64,000 nucleotides of DNA from Nannocystales bacterium (lineage in GTDB: Bacteria; Myxococcota_A; Polyangia; Nannocystales; Nannocystaceae): assembly GCA_050633305.1 (NCBI GenBank), contig JBOEGF010000019.1, positions 128,001-192,000 on the forward strand. Reading direction: 5' to 3'. Shown here one piece after another: positions 48,869 to 57,922 of the stretch (positions are counted from its first letter, which is position 1; each line of letters starts with the position of its first letter). The translations under genes and the position numbers were made by a program. Below the pieces are notes generated by a model. That model saw nothing but the letters and a program-made list of their open reading frames with translations. It was not told the origin of the DNA and searched no databases.

Positions 48869-50158
48869 TCAGGCGGACTCTGAGGCGAACGCGTCCTCGA
48901 TCAGACCCAACACGTGGTCGAGGTCTTCGCGGGAAGCAACGACCGGCGGGGTGAACCGGAGCACCCAGCGGTGGGTGCCTTTGATGACTGCACCCATCTT
49001 CAGAAGCTTCTTCGAGAACTTGTTCGCGTCGGGATCCTGCTTGGTCACCTCGATGCCGAACATCAACCCGCGGCCTCGGATGGTCTCGATGCGTGGGGAC
49101 TTCGCTGCGATCGCGAGCAGCCGCTCTCGGACGTAGGCGCCCTTTTCTTGGGCCTGCTTCACGAGGTCCTCCTGCTCGATGGCGACGAGCGAGGCGTAGC
49201 CGATCGCGCTGCTGATCGGGCAGCCGCCGAAGGTGCTGCCGTGCGAGCCGGAGTCCATCAGCTCCATCAGGTTGTTGTGGGCAAGAATCCCCGCGACCGG
49301 GGCATAGCCACCACTGACCGACTTGCCGATCGCCATGATGTCGGGTCGCGCTGCCTCGCCCTCGTGCATCCAGCAGAACATCTTTCCCGTTCGGGCCCAG
49401 CCGGTCTGGACCTCGTCGAAGATCACCAGCACGTTGCGCTCCTTGCAGAGCTTGCAGACCGCGGACAGGTAGCCCTCGTCGGGAACGTTGATGCCGCCCT
49501 CGCCCTGAATCGGCTCGATCAGGACGGCGGCTGTCGTGTCGGTGATCGCGGCCTCGAGGGCGGCGAGGTCATTGAACGGAATACGACTGAACCCGGGTGT
49601 CCAGGGGCCGAATCCTTCTTTTGCTTCGGGCTCGTCGTCGCCGAACATCTGCGTGACGGTCGTGGTCCGACCGTGAAAACAACCCTCCGCGTAGAGGATC
49701 TCTGCGGTGCCTTTGACGCCCTTGACCTGATGGGCCCATCGGCGGGCGAGCTTGATCGCGGCTTCGGGCCCCTCGACGCCGCCGTTGGCGGGAAGGAACC
49801 GCTCGAAGCCCGACATCTCGCAGATCTTCTTCCCGAACAATCCCATGTAGGGGTTGCCGAGAAAACGACCGAGTACGGCGGGCTGCTGCGCGTCGAGGAA
49901 GCCCTTGAGGACTTCCCGGACAAGAGGGTGTCCGTGCCCAAGGTTGGCGGCGGAGTAGGCAGCAACGCCATCGAACACCTTCGCGCCACTGCGCGTGTAC
50001 AGCCAGGCACCTTCGGCTTTGATGATGGGGTCGTCGAGGATGAGGGAGTAGTTGGGCGCGAAGTAGCGGCGGATCATCTCCGTCGTCTCGTCGGCGCCGA
50101 GCGCATCCGCCGTTGCGAGGATCGATGCGGCTTCTCGTTGGGCGGTGGCTTGGTCCAT
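48869..50158 (-). CDS. rocD: Ornithine--oxo-acid aminotransferase (class III PLP enzyme)
   Basis: AAYSA.NLGH.HP, FHGRT, IEPIQGEGG, DEVQTG..RTG, GKSVSGG, HGSTFGG. Confidence 0.8.
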   Translation of the reverse strand: MDQATAQREAASILATADALGADETTEMIRRYFAPNYSLILDDPIIKAEGAWLYTRSGAKVFDGVAAYSAANLGHGHPLVREVLKGFLDAQQPAVLGRFLGNPYMGLFGKKICEMSGFERFLPANGGVEGPEAAIKLARRWAHQVKGVKGTAEILYAEGCFHGRTTTVTQMFGDDEPEAKEGFGPWTPGFSRIPFNDLAALEAAITDTTAAVLIEPIQGEGGINVPDEGYLSAVCKLCKERNVLVIFDEVQTGWARTGKMFCWMHEGEAARPDIMAIGKSVSGGYAPVAGILAHNNLMELMDSGSHGSTFGGCPISSAIGYASLVAIEQEDLVKQAQEKGAYVRERLLAIAAKSPRIETIRGRGLMFGIEVTKQDPDANKFSKKLLKMGAVIKGTHRWVLRFTPPVVASREDLDHVLGLIEDAFASESA

Positions 50159-50257
50159 CGCGCGCGAGTGTTTCAGGCCCGAAGTGCGGGTGCAATCCGT
50201 CTCAACGCACAAGCGAGGACCGGCGAAAGACGGGCCTGGGCCACCTCGCGAGTCCTG

Positions 50258-51163
50258 TTAGAATCGTCCGGAGAGCGACGCGCCGGCGAAGTCTGCCGTG
50301 ACCGTGGGCGCGGCACGCAACGTCGCGAGGCGGTTCTTGTAGGCGTGGTTGTCTTTGTACTCGTACTGGTAAACCATTCCGTAGGCCGCCATCCCGACGC
50401 CGGCGGTGAACATGCTTTGCGCCGCCTGGCTGGCGATGAGGTAGGCGCTGACGTTTTGTGTGCAGGAGGGGTCGGTGCACGTTGTCCCGAGGGCGAGTCC
50501 GGCCGAGACCGCGCCTGTGGTCATGCCCGCGAGGGCGAGACCGATGCCGCCGCCGATCCACAGCCCCGACCGCCGAGGCTTTCGGTTCGTCCACACGTGG
50601 TCGATCGCGTCGTAGTTGCCCTTGATCGCGCCGGCGGTTCCGGCCACCCCCCAGTTGCTCACATTGGAGAGCGCCCGAAGCCCGCCCAAGGAGGCGACTT
50701 GGGGGTCGTTGTACAAACAGTCTTGTGCGGTCGCTTCGTCCTCGGCGCTGCGTCGAGACGAGCATCCACGCGCCAGGGCGACTTGACCGATCGTCAGTCC
50801 CCAGCTCACCGCGCCCAGACCAATGCTGGTTCGGACCAGCCACTTGCCCGTGAGTGCTTCGGGGCGGTCGGGTTCCCAGCCTGCGTGTGGCGACGTGGGG
50901 AGGACCAGCGGGGGGCTCACCCGCGGAGCCGGGGGTGCGGGGGCGGCAGCGGGTGTCGCGGCGACGGGGGCCGGAGCCGGGGCAGGGGCCGGCGTGGCGA
51001 CAGGGGCGGGTGTCGGTGCGGCAACAGCAGTCGGGGTGGGTGCGGCCTCGGGGGCGACGACAGGCGCCGGCGCCGCGGCTGGAGTAGGCGCCGGCTCGGG
51101 TGCCGCAGCCTCGGGAGCAAGGGTCACGGAGAGGAGGGTCAAGGTGGTCGCGAAGCTGCTCAT
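50258..51163 (-). CDS. Secreted/membrane Pro-Ala-rich hypothetical protein
   Basis: Signal peptide, PAPAP linker, several Gly-rich TM helices, terminal GASLSGRF. Confidence 0.7.
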   Translation of the reverse strand: MSSFATTLTLLSVTLAPEAAAPEPAPTPAAAPAPVVAPEAAPTPTAVAAPTPAPVATPAPAPAPAPVAATPAAAPAPPAPRVSPPLVLPTSPHAGWEPDRPEALTGKWLVRTSIGLGAVSWGLTIGQVALARGCSSRRSAEDEATAQDCLYNDPQVASLGGLRALSNVSNWGVAGTAGAIKGNYDAIDHVWTNRKPRRSGLWIGGGIGLALAGMTTGAVSAGLALGTTCTDPSCTQNVSAYLIASQAAQSMFTAGVGMAAYGMVYQYEYKDNHAYKNRLATLRAAPTVTADFAGASLSGRF

Positions 51164-51331
51164 CGGGTGCCGTCCTCCCCTGCATTGTGCACGGCGGATG
51201 CCTACCCTCGGCAAGCCGAAAATGCAGTGATTTCCGGCGATCGACGGACGTGGATCGCAACGATGCTGCACGTTGCAACGCTGCATTCTGGCGATCGGTA
51301 ACGTGCTGCAGGGAGGAGGCGTTTGCGAGCC

Positions 51332-52174
51332 ATGCGACTGCGACCACGGATCGGCTGGATGGTGTGCGCGCTCGGCTGGCTCGGAGCTTGTGCAGCTGGT
51401 GAGGCTGACGACCCGGCTCCGCAGGCGCTCCGGACGGTGGGCCCCGATGACGCGATGGACGCCGATCACGTCCTCGATGCGCGCGATCTTCCGTCATTTG
51501 AGGACGGGCACATCGAAGGCTCCTGCTCGATCGACGCCGGCGCACTTCGGGCGACGGTGGGTGGTGTTGAAGGCCAGGTCGCGAGTCGGGAAGACGCATG
51601 GGCTGTCTTTGGGGCGGCGGGGCTCGAGCCGGCGGACACCGTCGTCGTGACCGGACTCGACAACGGCACCGACGCATCCCGAATCGCATGGACCCTTCGC
51701 TACTACGGTCACGAGGGCGACGTGCTGTTGCTCGACGGAGGCATGGCTGCCTACACCGCAGCGGGGTTGCCGACGGCGTCGGGAACTCGCGCTCGGGCGT
51801 CGGCCTACTCCGCGGGAGGGACACGGGCTGACCTTCGGGTCGACAAGGCTTGGATGCTGGAGCACCTCAACGACGACTCGGTGATGATGTTCGACGTGCG
51901 AACCGCCGAGGAGTTCGGACAAGGGCACATCCCCGGCGCGGTCCATGTGAACTGGGAGGAGAACAAGGGGGCGGACGGCTCGTTCCTGGGCGAGGCGGAG
52001 GTTCGGAGCCTTCATGGGGACCCCAGCGCGAGCACGCTCGTCGTGTACTGCCGCACCGGGTCGCGTGCCGCGGTGAGCTGGGCACTTCTGCAAGGCGCCG
52101 GCTATGACGACGTTCGCCTGTACGACGGCAGTTGGGCCGAGTGGGGCGCCGACCCGGATACGCCGAAGGAGTGA
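51332..52174 (+). CDS. Tandem-domain sulfurtransferase (rhodanese/3-MST type) with lipoprotein-like signal
   Basis: GHIEG, LLDGG, GHIPGA, YCRTGSRA, LYDGSWAEW; N-terminal WLGAC. Confidence 0.9.
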   Translation: MRLRPRIGWMVCALGWLGACAAGEADDPAPQALRTVGPDDAMDADHVLDARDLPSFEDGHIEGSCSIDAGALRATVGGVEGQVASREDAWAVFGAAGLEPADTVVVTGLDNGTDASRIAWTLRYYGHEGDVLLLDGGMAAYTAAGLPTASGTRARASAYSAGGTRADLRVDKAWMLEHLNDDSVMMFDVRTAEEFGQGHIPGAVHVNWEENKGADGSFLGEAEVRSLHGDPSASTLVVYCRTGSRAAVSWALLQGAGYDDVRLYDGSWAEWGADPDTPKE

Positions 52175-52183
52175 GGGGCCCGC

Positions 52184-53575
52184 TCAGCTGGCGCCGGTCG
52201 ATCGGAGCAGACTCGCTTCGGGTGCGGCGTGCCGGGCCGTCTCGGCGGTGATCTTCCCCTCCCGCACCAGCCCGTCGAGGGTGGCTTCCATCGGGATCAT
52301 GCCCTCCGCCCGGCCGGGGTGGAGTTCACTGCGAAGCTGATGCCCGCGACCGTCCCGGATCTTCGCGGCTACTGCCGTATTCACGAGCAGAAGCTCGTAT
52401 GCGGGGACGCGCTGCGGCGGTTGGGTCGAAGGGAGCAGGGTCTGGGAGATGACCGCTCGCAAGACGGACGCGAGCTGCGTGCGCACCATCGGTTGGCGAT
52501 GGTCCTCGAACACATCGACGATGCGGTCGACCGCGGTCGCGGAATCGGCACAGTGCAGGGTCGAGAGGACGAGGTGCCCGGTCTCGGCCGCGGACAACGC
52601 TGCGGCGATGGTTTCGCGGTCGCGGAGCTCGCCCAAGAAAATCACATCGGGGGCTTCGCGCATTGCCGCCCGGAGACCTTCGGCGAAACTCGAAACATGG
52701 CGCCCGACTTCGCGCTGGTGGACGAGCGCGGTCTGAGACGAGAACCGGTACTCGATCGGGTCTTCGAGGGTCACGATGTGCTTCGCGCTTGTTCGACACA
52801 GGCGCTCGACAAGCCCAACGAGCGTGGTGGACTTTCCTGAACCGGCGGTCCCGGTCATCAGGACCAATCCGTTGCGGTACTGGGTCAGTTGGTGAAAAGA
52901 CTCGGGGAGCCCCAGCTTGTGGAGCGAGGGCGGGTCGGTGCGAACCGGTCGCAGGGCAACGGCGAGGCCGTCCGCCTGCTCGAACACGTGCGCTCGAAAT
53001 CGATGATGGCCGTGCTGCCAAGCGACATCGGCACTGCCGTGCTTCTCGAGTCGCGCGCGCGCATCGGCTCCCAGAAGCTGGTCACTGAAGGAGAGCAGCG
53101 ATGTGGCGTCGATCGGTGTCGAAGCGAGTTGGGCGATCTCTCCGCCACGGCGCATGCAGGGACGCCGGCCCGAAGAAAAGAAGACATCGGACGCGTCGAG
53201 CCGTAGTGCTTCTTGGATCCACGACTCGAACGCGCTGGACGTGGGGGCGACGGGGACGGACGCAGGGGAGGGCACCGCCGCGGTCGTCGGCTCCGGCGGT
53301 GCGGCTTCGCTGGGGCGACTGACGTTCGGGCGGCGAATCTCCAGGGTCGCCCCGCCTGGACCGCGGACGATCTCGAAACGCTGGCCCTTGACCTCCACGG
53401 ATTCCTGGCCCTGCAGCTCGGCGCACTCCTCGTCGAACAACTCGCGGGCCAGGGGGGGCATGCTCAGCGGTACATCGGTGCCCCCGCGGTGAAGCAACGG
53501 CGGCCGTTCTGGCTGGAGAACGAGCGCGTCGGCATCCTGGGCCAGCAGCAGGTCGAGCAGTCCATGGACGAGCAT
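52184..53575 (-). CDS. PilT/PilU-family retraction ATPase paralogue
   Basis: GLVLMTGTAGSGKSTT, TLEDPIE, HQREVG, REAPDVIFLGELRD, AAETGHLVLSTLH. Confidence 0.9.
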   Translation of the reverse strand: MLVHGLLDLLLAQDADALVLQPERPPLLHRGGTDVPLSMPPLARELFDEECAELQGQESVEVKGQRFEIVRGPGGATLEIRRPNVSRPSEAAPPEPTTAAVPSPASVPVAPTSSAFESWIQEALRLDASDVFFSSGRRPCMRRGGEIAQLASTPIDATSLLSFSDQLLGADARARLEKHGSADVAWQHGHHRFRAHVFEQADGLAVALRPVRTDPPSLHKLGLPESFHQLTQYRNGLVLMTGTAGSGKSTTLVGLVERLCRTSAKHIVTLEDPIEYRFSSQTALVHQREVGRHVSSFAEGLRAAMREAPDVIFLGELRDRETIAAALSAAETGHLVLSTLHCADSATAVDRIVDVFEDHRQPMVRTQLASVLRAVISQTLLPSTQPPQRVPAYELLLVNTAVAAKIRDGRGHQLRSELHPGRAEGMIPMEATLDGLVREGKITAETARHAAPEASLLRSTGAS

Positions 53576-53721
53576 GCGGGGTCGAGTGTTGCAGGCCTCA
53601 TGCCGCCGGAAACCCTCAAAAACATGTGAGGTGGGTCGCTGACCCCTGAGACAGCCCGGCACAGGACCCCCGCGAGCGGGACAAAACGTCTCCGCCCTGT
53701 CGTGCTAGCGTCCGCTGCGCC

Positions 53722-54345
53722 ATGGCGAAGCTCTATTTTCGGTACGGCACGATGGACAGCGCCAAGACGCTGAACCTCCTCGCCGTTGCCCACAACTACC
53801 GCAAGCAGGGCAAGCGAGTCATGCTGGTCAAACCCTCGTTCGACGATCGGTTCGGCGAGGGCCAGATCGTCTCCCGATCCGGGTTGCAGGCAGAGGCCGA
53901 CATGCTCGTCAACGCGGACACGGTGTTCGACGCGTCCGCCTTCGACAGTCTCGACTGCGTCTTGGTCGATGAGGCACAATTCCTGTCCCCTGGAGTCATT
54001 GAGCAGCTCCGGGTCCTGACGCTGACCCGTGGGGTCCCTGTCATCTGCTACGGCCTGCGCACCGACTTCCAGACCCGGTCGTTCCCAGGTGCTCAGCGCT
54101 TGATGGAGCTGGCCGACACGATCGAGGAGGTGAAGGTCACCTGCCAGTTCTGCGACCGGAAGGCGGTGTTCAACCTCCGCATGGCCGGTGATTCGGCGGT
54201 CGTGGAGGGGGAGCAGATCATGCTGGGGGATGAGACCTACGCCCCGGTCTGCGCCCGTCATTACGTCGAGATGGTCAGCCCGAAGGGGCTCGCGGCGATC
54301 GGGTTCGCGGTTCCTCGGGGCGACTTCGAGTCGCCGTCCGAGTGA
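53722..54345 (+). CDS. tdk: Thymidine kinase
   Basis: MAKLYFRYGTMDSAKT, SRSG, VDEAQFL, CYGLRTDF, C..C, Y.PVC..H. Confidence 0.96.
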   Translation: MAKLYFRYGTMDSAKTLNLLAVAHNYRKQGKRVMLVKPSFDDRFGEGQIVSRSGLQAEADMLVNADTVFDASAFDSLDCVLVDEAQFLSPGVIEQLRVLTLTRGVPVICYGLRTDFQTRSFPGAQRLMELADTIEEVKVTCQFCDRKAVFNLRMAGDSAVVEGEQIMLGDETYAPVCARHYVEMVSPKGLAAIGFAVPRGDFESPSE

Positions 54346-54623
54346 GTTTGTAAGGCTGTGCGAACCGGCGAGCGAGGTTCGACACCGCGCAGATCGGGAC
54401 TGGCCCAGCGGATGGTTGACCGTCTCTGTCGGTGTGACGTCTTCCGCGCCGGGTGGTGGGCGATGCTGCGGCTTGGGTCGGCACCGCCCCAGAACTGTTC
54501 GAGTTTCGGACCGCTCTAAAGAGGCTTGCTAGGGACGGATCCGCGCGCGTGAACGCGCCATCGTGTCAGGTGTGGCCAACCGGCTGCTTGACGGCCGTTG
54601 CGCTCCGGGCTACGCCCGCCGCC

Positions 54624-55634
54624 ATGTTGGGTCGCCTCGTTCGCCGCGCCGCTGTTCAGTCCCTCGACGCGATCGTCACCCGCGGCAAGGAGTCCGGGCG
54701 GTCTCCGGTTCGCGTGATGGCCTCTGCGATCGATCAGGCTCGGTCGGTCGTTGGACTCGACGCCGTCAACCGCGACGCTCCCTTGCCGACCTGGTCCGAG
54801 GGCCATCCCGACCGTCCGATGTGGGGCAGCGACAAGGTGAAGCTGGAGAAATTCCAGATCGACAAGGGGATCATCAAGCCGAAGGCGGAAGAGGCCGAAG
54901 TCGAAGACGCCGCGCCCTCGGTCGATGCGCCGGTGAAAGTCTTCTACAAGCGCGGATGCCCGTACGCTCGGGCTGCGCTCGACCTGTTGCGAGAGCGAGA
55001 GATTCCGTTCGAGGAGGTCGACATCAAGGGCGACGAGGCCACGTTGGGCTGGCTCAAGATCGTCACGGGAAGCCGCACCACGCCGCAGATCTTCCTGCGC
55101 GGCGAATCGGTGGGAGGCTACGACGAGCTTCGTGAACTCGACCTCTCGGGCGAGCTACGAGAGCGCGCCAGCAGCGAGGAACACACCGCGGCTGAGGCTG
55201 AGCTTGCGGCCCGCCGTGCCGAGGCCGATGCCGAGCTGGCGATGGAGCGCGCCGACGCGGCTCGAAAGGCCGCCGACGAAGCGAAGGCCGGGCGCAAACC
55301 GAAGAAGGTCAGCCTCGCCGTCGTTGGAAAAGAACGCTCGCCGTTCGAGGACCTTCTCGAGCTTGGTGACGCGATCAGTGACGAGGTCTTGGAAGGCGAC
55401 GCGCTCGTCGCTCGGGTGAACGAGGTCTTGGACGAGTGCCGGCCCATGGTCCAGGCGGACGGCGGCGACATCGAGCTGCTCGACGTTCAAGGCAATGTCG
55501 TTCACCTCCAGCTCACCGGAAACTGCGTCGGCTGCCCCAGCTCGCAAGCCACGCTTCGGCAAGGCATCGAGCGCCGTCTCAAGAGCCGGATCCCGCAGAT
55601 CGACGGGATCGCGTCCCCTCAACTCGACGGCTGA
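54624..55634 (+). CDS. Glutaredoxin + NifU/NfuA C-terminal domain fusion
   Basis: Grx motifs GCPYA, TTPQIF, VGGYDEL; NifU-C motif RPMVQADGGDIELL...GNCVGCPSS..TL..GIE. Confidence 0.85.
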   Translation: MLGRLVRRAAVQSLDAIVTRGKESGRSPVRVMASAIDQARSVVGLDAVNRDAPLPTWSEGHPDRPMWGSDKVKLEKFQIDKGIIKPKAEEAEVEDAAPSVDAPVKVFYKRGCPYARAALDLLREREIPFEEVDIKGDEATLGWLKIVTGSRTTPQIFLRGESVGGYDELRELDLSGELRERASSEEHTAAEAELAARRAEADAELAMERADAARKAADEAKAGRKPKKVSLAVVGKERSPFEDLLELGDAISDEVLEGDALVARVNEVLDECRPMVQADGGDIELLDVQGNVVHLQLTGNCVGCPSSQATLRQGIERRLKSRIPQIDGIASPQLDG

Positions 55635-55772
55635 CGAGGGATCCGCGCAGCGGACCCGACGGCGCTGCGGTATTCGCAGCGCCGTTCGCAATTGCGGCAC
55701 AGGCGCCGGTCCCACGCCATTTCGCTTTGGACTTGCGAGAGGGGATTCCGCGTGGGACAACCGCGGAGAAGT

Positions 55773-55805
55773 TCACTGACACGGGTGTCAGTGACAAGGG
55801 TGTCA
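55773..55805. promoter_or_regulatory. Tandem palindromic operator-like boxes TGACA-N4-TGTCA
   Basis: Perfect 10-bp-arm palindrome tcactgacac-gg-gtgtcagtga (55773-55794) plus a second core tgacaagggtgtca (55792-55805). Confidence 0.65.
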
Positions 55806-55856
55806 GCGGCGTGATGACCGCATGCCCCGACTTCGTTGAGACCCACGAGAACCGCG

Positions 55857-57656
55857 ATGGCTACGACGACCGAGCACCGAAGTGACCTCCTGTCCGTGAT
55901 TCAGCAGCCTGCTATCCAGCAGCTGCTCGATGAGAAGAAGCAGGCGTTGTCCGACGAGGAGGGCGTCAGCTTCCAGTCGGTCAACCTGCAGTTTCAGCGC
56001 CCCGTCGAGCACGACTTCACCGCCGACCAGCGCGACCGCACGACCTTGCTCTTCGGTGGGTTCACGTTCCGCCACGAGTATCTGATCAAGTGCCACTTCG
56101 AGAACCTCGGCTACGCGACCGACGTTCTGCCCACGCCGAACACGGACTCGTTCCAGGCGGGCAAGGAGTACGGCAACAACGGTCAGTGCAACCCGACGTA
56201 CTTCACGGTCGGCAACCTGGTTCAGTACCTCGAGCATCTCCGCGACGACAAAGGGATGTCGGTCCAGGAGATCAACGACCGCTACTTCTTCATCACCGCC
56301 GGTGCTTGTGGCCCGTGTCGCTTCGGCATGTACGAGGCCGAGTACCGACTCGCGCTGCGCAACGCGGGCTTCGACGGCTTCCGCGTCTTGCTCTTCCAAC
56401 AAAAGGGCGGACTCAAGCAGGCCGAGGTTGAGGCCGGACTGAACCTCAACCCCGACTTCTTCATGGGGTTGGTCAACTGCATCAACATGGGAGACCTCCT
56501 CAACGAGTTCTCCAACCAGGTGCGTCCGTACGAGGTCAAGCCCGGCGAGACGGACGACGTCCTCGCGCAGGCGCTCGAGTTCCTCGGGAAGGCGGTCAAG
56601 CAGAAGGAGCCGGCCGAGATCAAAGGCCGTCTTCGTGGCTTCCTCGAGCAGCGTGAGAGCGGAGCGCTCGACACCTTCGACCTGCTCGCGAAGTTCGTCG
56701 ACCAGCTCACCTCCGTCGACTACGTCGAGCCGCTCGAAGAGGTCTCCCGTCGGATGGACGAGGTCGAGCTCGATCGACTTCAGCCCAAGCCCGTCGTGAA
56801 GGTGACCGGCGAGTTCTGGGCCCAGACCACCGAGGGCGACGGAAACTTCAACATGTTCCGGTTCCTCCAAGCCGAGGGGGCCGAGATCATCACCGAGCCA
56901 ATCGCAACCTGGCTGACCTACCTGCTGTGGCAGGAAAAGATCAAAGCCGGCGATCGTCGCCAGCTGGACGAGGCGGACCAAGAGCTCAAGTGGTGGGACC
57001 TCAAGAAGCGCGTTTCGCTGGACGCCGCCTACTACAAGAAGCGGGCTGCGATGTTCGTGGCAGACAAGATCTACCGCCGCGAATACGACCGCCTTCGCAA
57101 CGCGCTCGGCGGAACCGCCCACGAGATCGTGGACATGTTCGAGATGGAGCGTCTCGCGCACGATTTCTATCACACGCGTTCCGAGGGCGGCGAAGGTCAC
57201 CTCGAGGTCGCCAAGAACATCTACTACACGGTCAAAGGCATCGCCCACATGGTGCTGTCGCTCAAGCCCTTCGGTTGCATGCCCAGCACGCAGTCCGACG
57301 GCGCCCAGTCGGCCGTCATCAACCACTTCAAGGACATGATCTACCTGCCCATCGAGACCTCGGGCGAAGGTGAGATCAACGCGCACAGCCGGGTGCAGAT
57401 GGCACTGGGCGAGGCGAAGGCCAAAGCCAAGACCGAGTTCAAAGAGGTTGTTGAGCAGAGCGGTTACAGCATCGAAGACCTGCGTGCGTACCAGCGCGCG
57501 ACGCCCGAAGTGCGCCGTCCGCTCTACACCATCCCTCACTACGAGGGTGTGGTCGGCACCGGTGCTCGCTTCGCCAAGCACCTCGGCGAGCGCATGAAGG
57601 CCGAGGGCATCGCGCCCGGCTACGCAGAAACCGCATCGGCAGCGGCTGCCGAGTAG
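55857..57656 (+). CDS. 2-hydroxyacyl-CoA dehydratase / activase-related protein (DUF2229-like, no ATPase domain)
   Basis: [47 protein letters not shown]. Confidence 0.75.
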   Translation: MATTTEHRSDLLSVIQQPAIQQLLDEKKQALSDEEGVSFQSVNLQFQRPVEHDFTADQRDRTTLLFGGFTFRHEYLIKCHFENLGYATDVLPTPNTDSFQAGKEYGNNGQCNPTYFTVGNLVQYLEHLRDDKGMSVQEINDRYFFITAGACGPCRFGMYEAEYRLALRNAGFDGFRVLLFQQKGGLKQAEVEAGLNLNPDFFMGLVNCINMGDLLNEFSNQVRPYEVKPGETDDVLAQALEFLGKAVKQKEPAEIKGRLRGFLEQRESGALDTFDLLAKFVDQLTSVDYVEPLEEVSRRMDEVELDRLQPKPVVKVTGEFWAQTTEGDGNFNMFRFLQAEGAEIITEPIATWLTYLLWQEKIKAGDRRQLDEADQELKWWDLKKRVSLDAAYYKKRAAMFVADKIYRREYDRLRNALGGTAHEIVDMFEMERLAHDFYHTRSEGGEGHLEVAKNIYYTVKGIAHMVLSLKPFGCMPSTQSDGAQSAVINHFKDMIYLPIETSGEGEINAHSRVQMALGEAKAKAKTEFKEVVEQSGYSIEDLRAYQRATPEVRRPLYTIPHYEGVVGTGARFAKHLGERMKAEGIAPGYAETASAAAAE

Positions 57657-57674
57657 CCCGCTCGCGACCGAACC

Positions 57675-57716
57675 AAGGCCGCGATCCTGCTGGGTCGCGG
57701 CCTTTGTCGTTGGTTT
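57675..57716 (+). terminator. Rho-independent terminator
   Basis: aaggccgcgatcc-tgct-gggtcgcggcctt stem followed by a T-rich tail, 18 nt after the stop codon. Confidence 0.75.
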
Positions 57717-57922
57717 GGGTCAGCAGCGCGGGAGAGGCCACACCTACGCCGAGGGGTCGGACCCCCACCGCCGAATACGCGGAACACCGTACGCGTCCGA
57801 TTCGTGGGTCCCAATTTGCCCCGTTGGGTCCGATGGCAGCGAGAGGTCGGCGGTCGGGAGGCTCGGAAACCCCAACAAGGAGGGTGGCCGGCGGTGGAAC
57901 ACTTCTTGCTCCAAGCGGCCTG

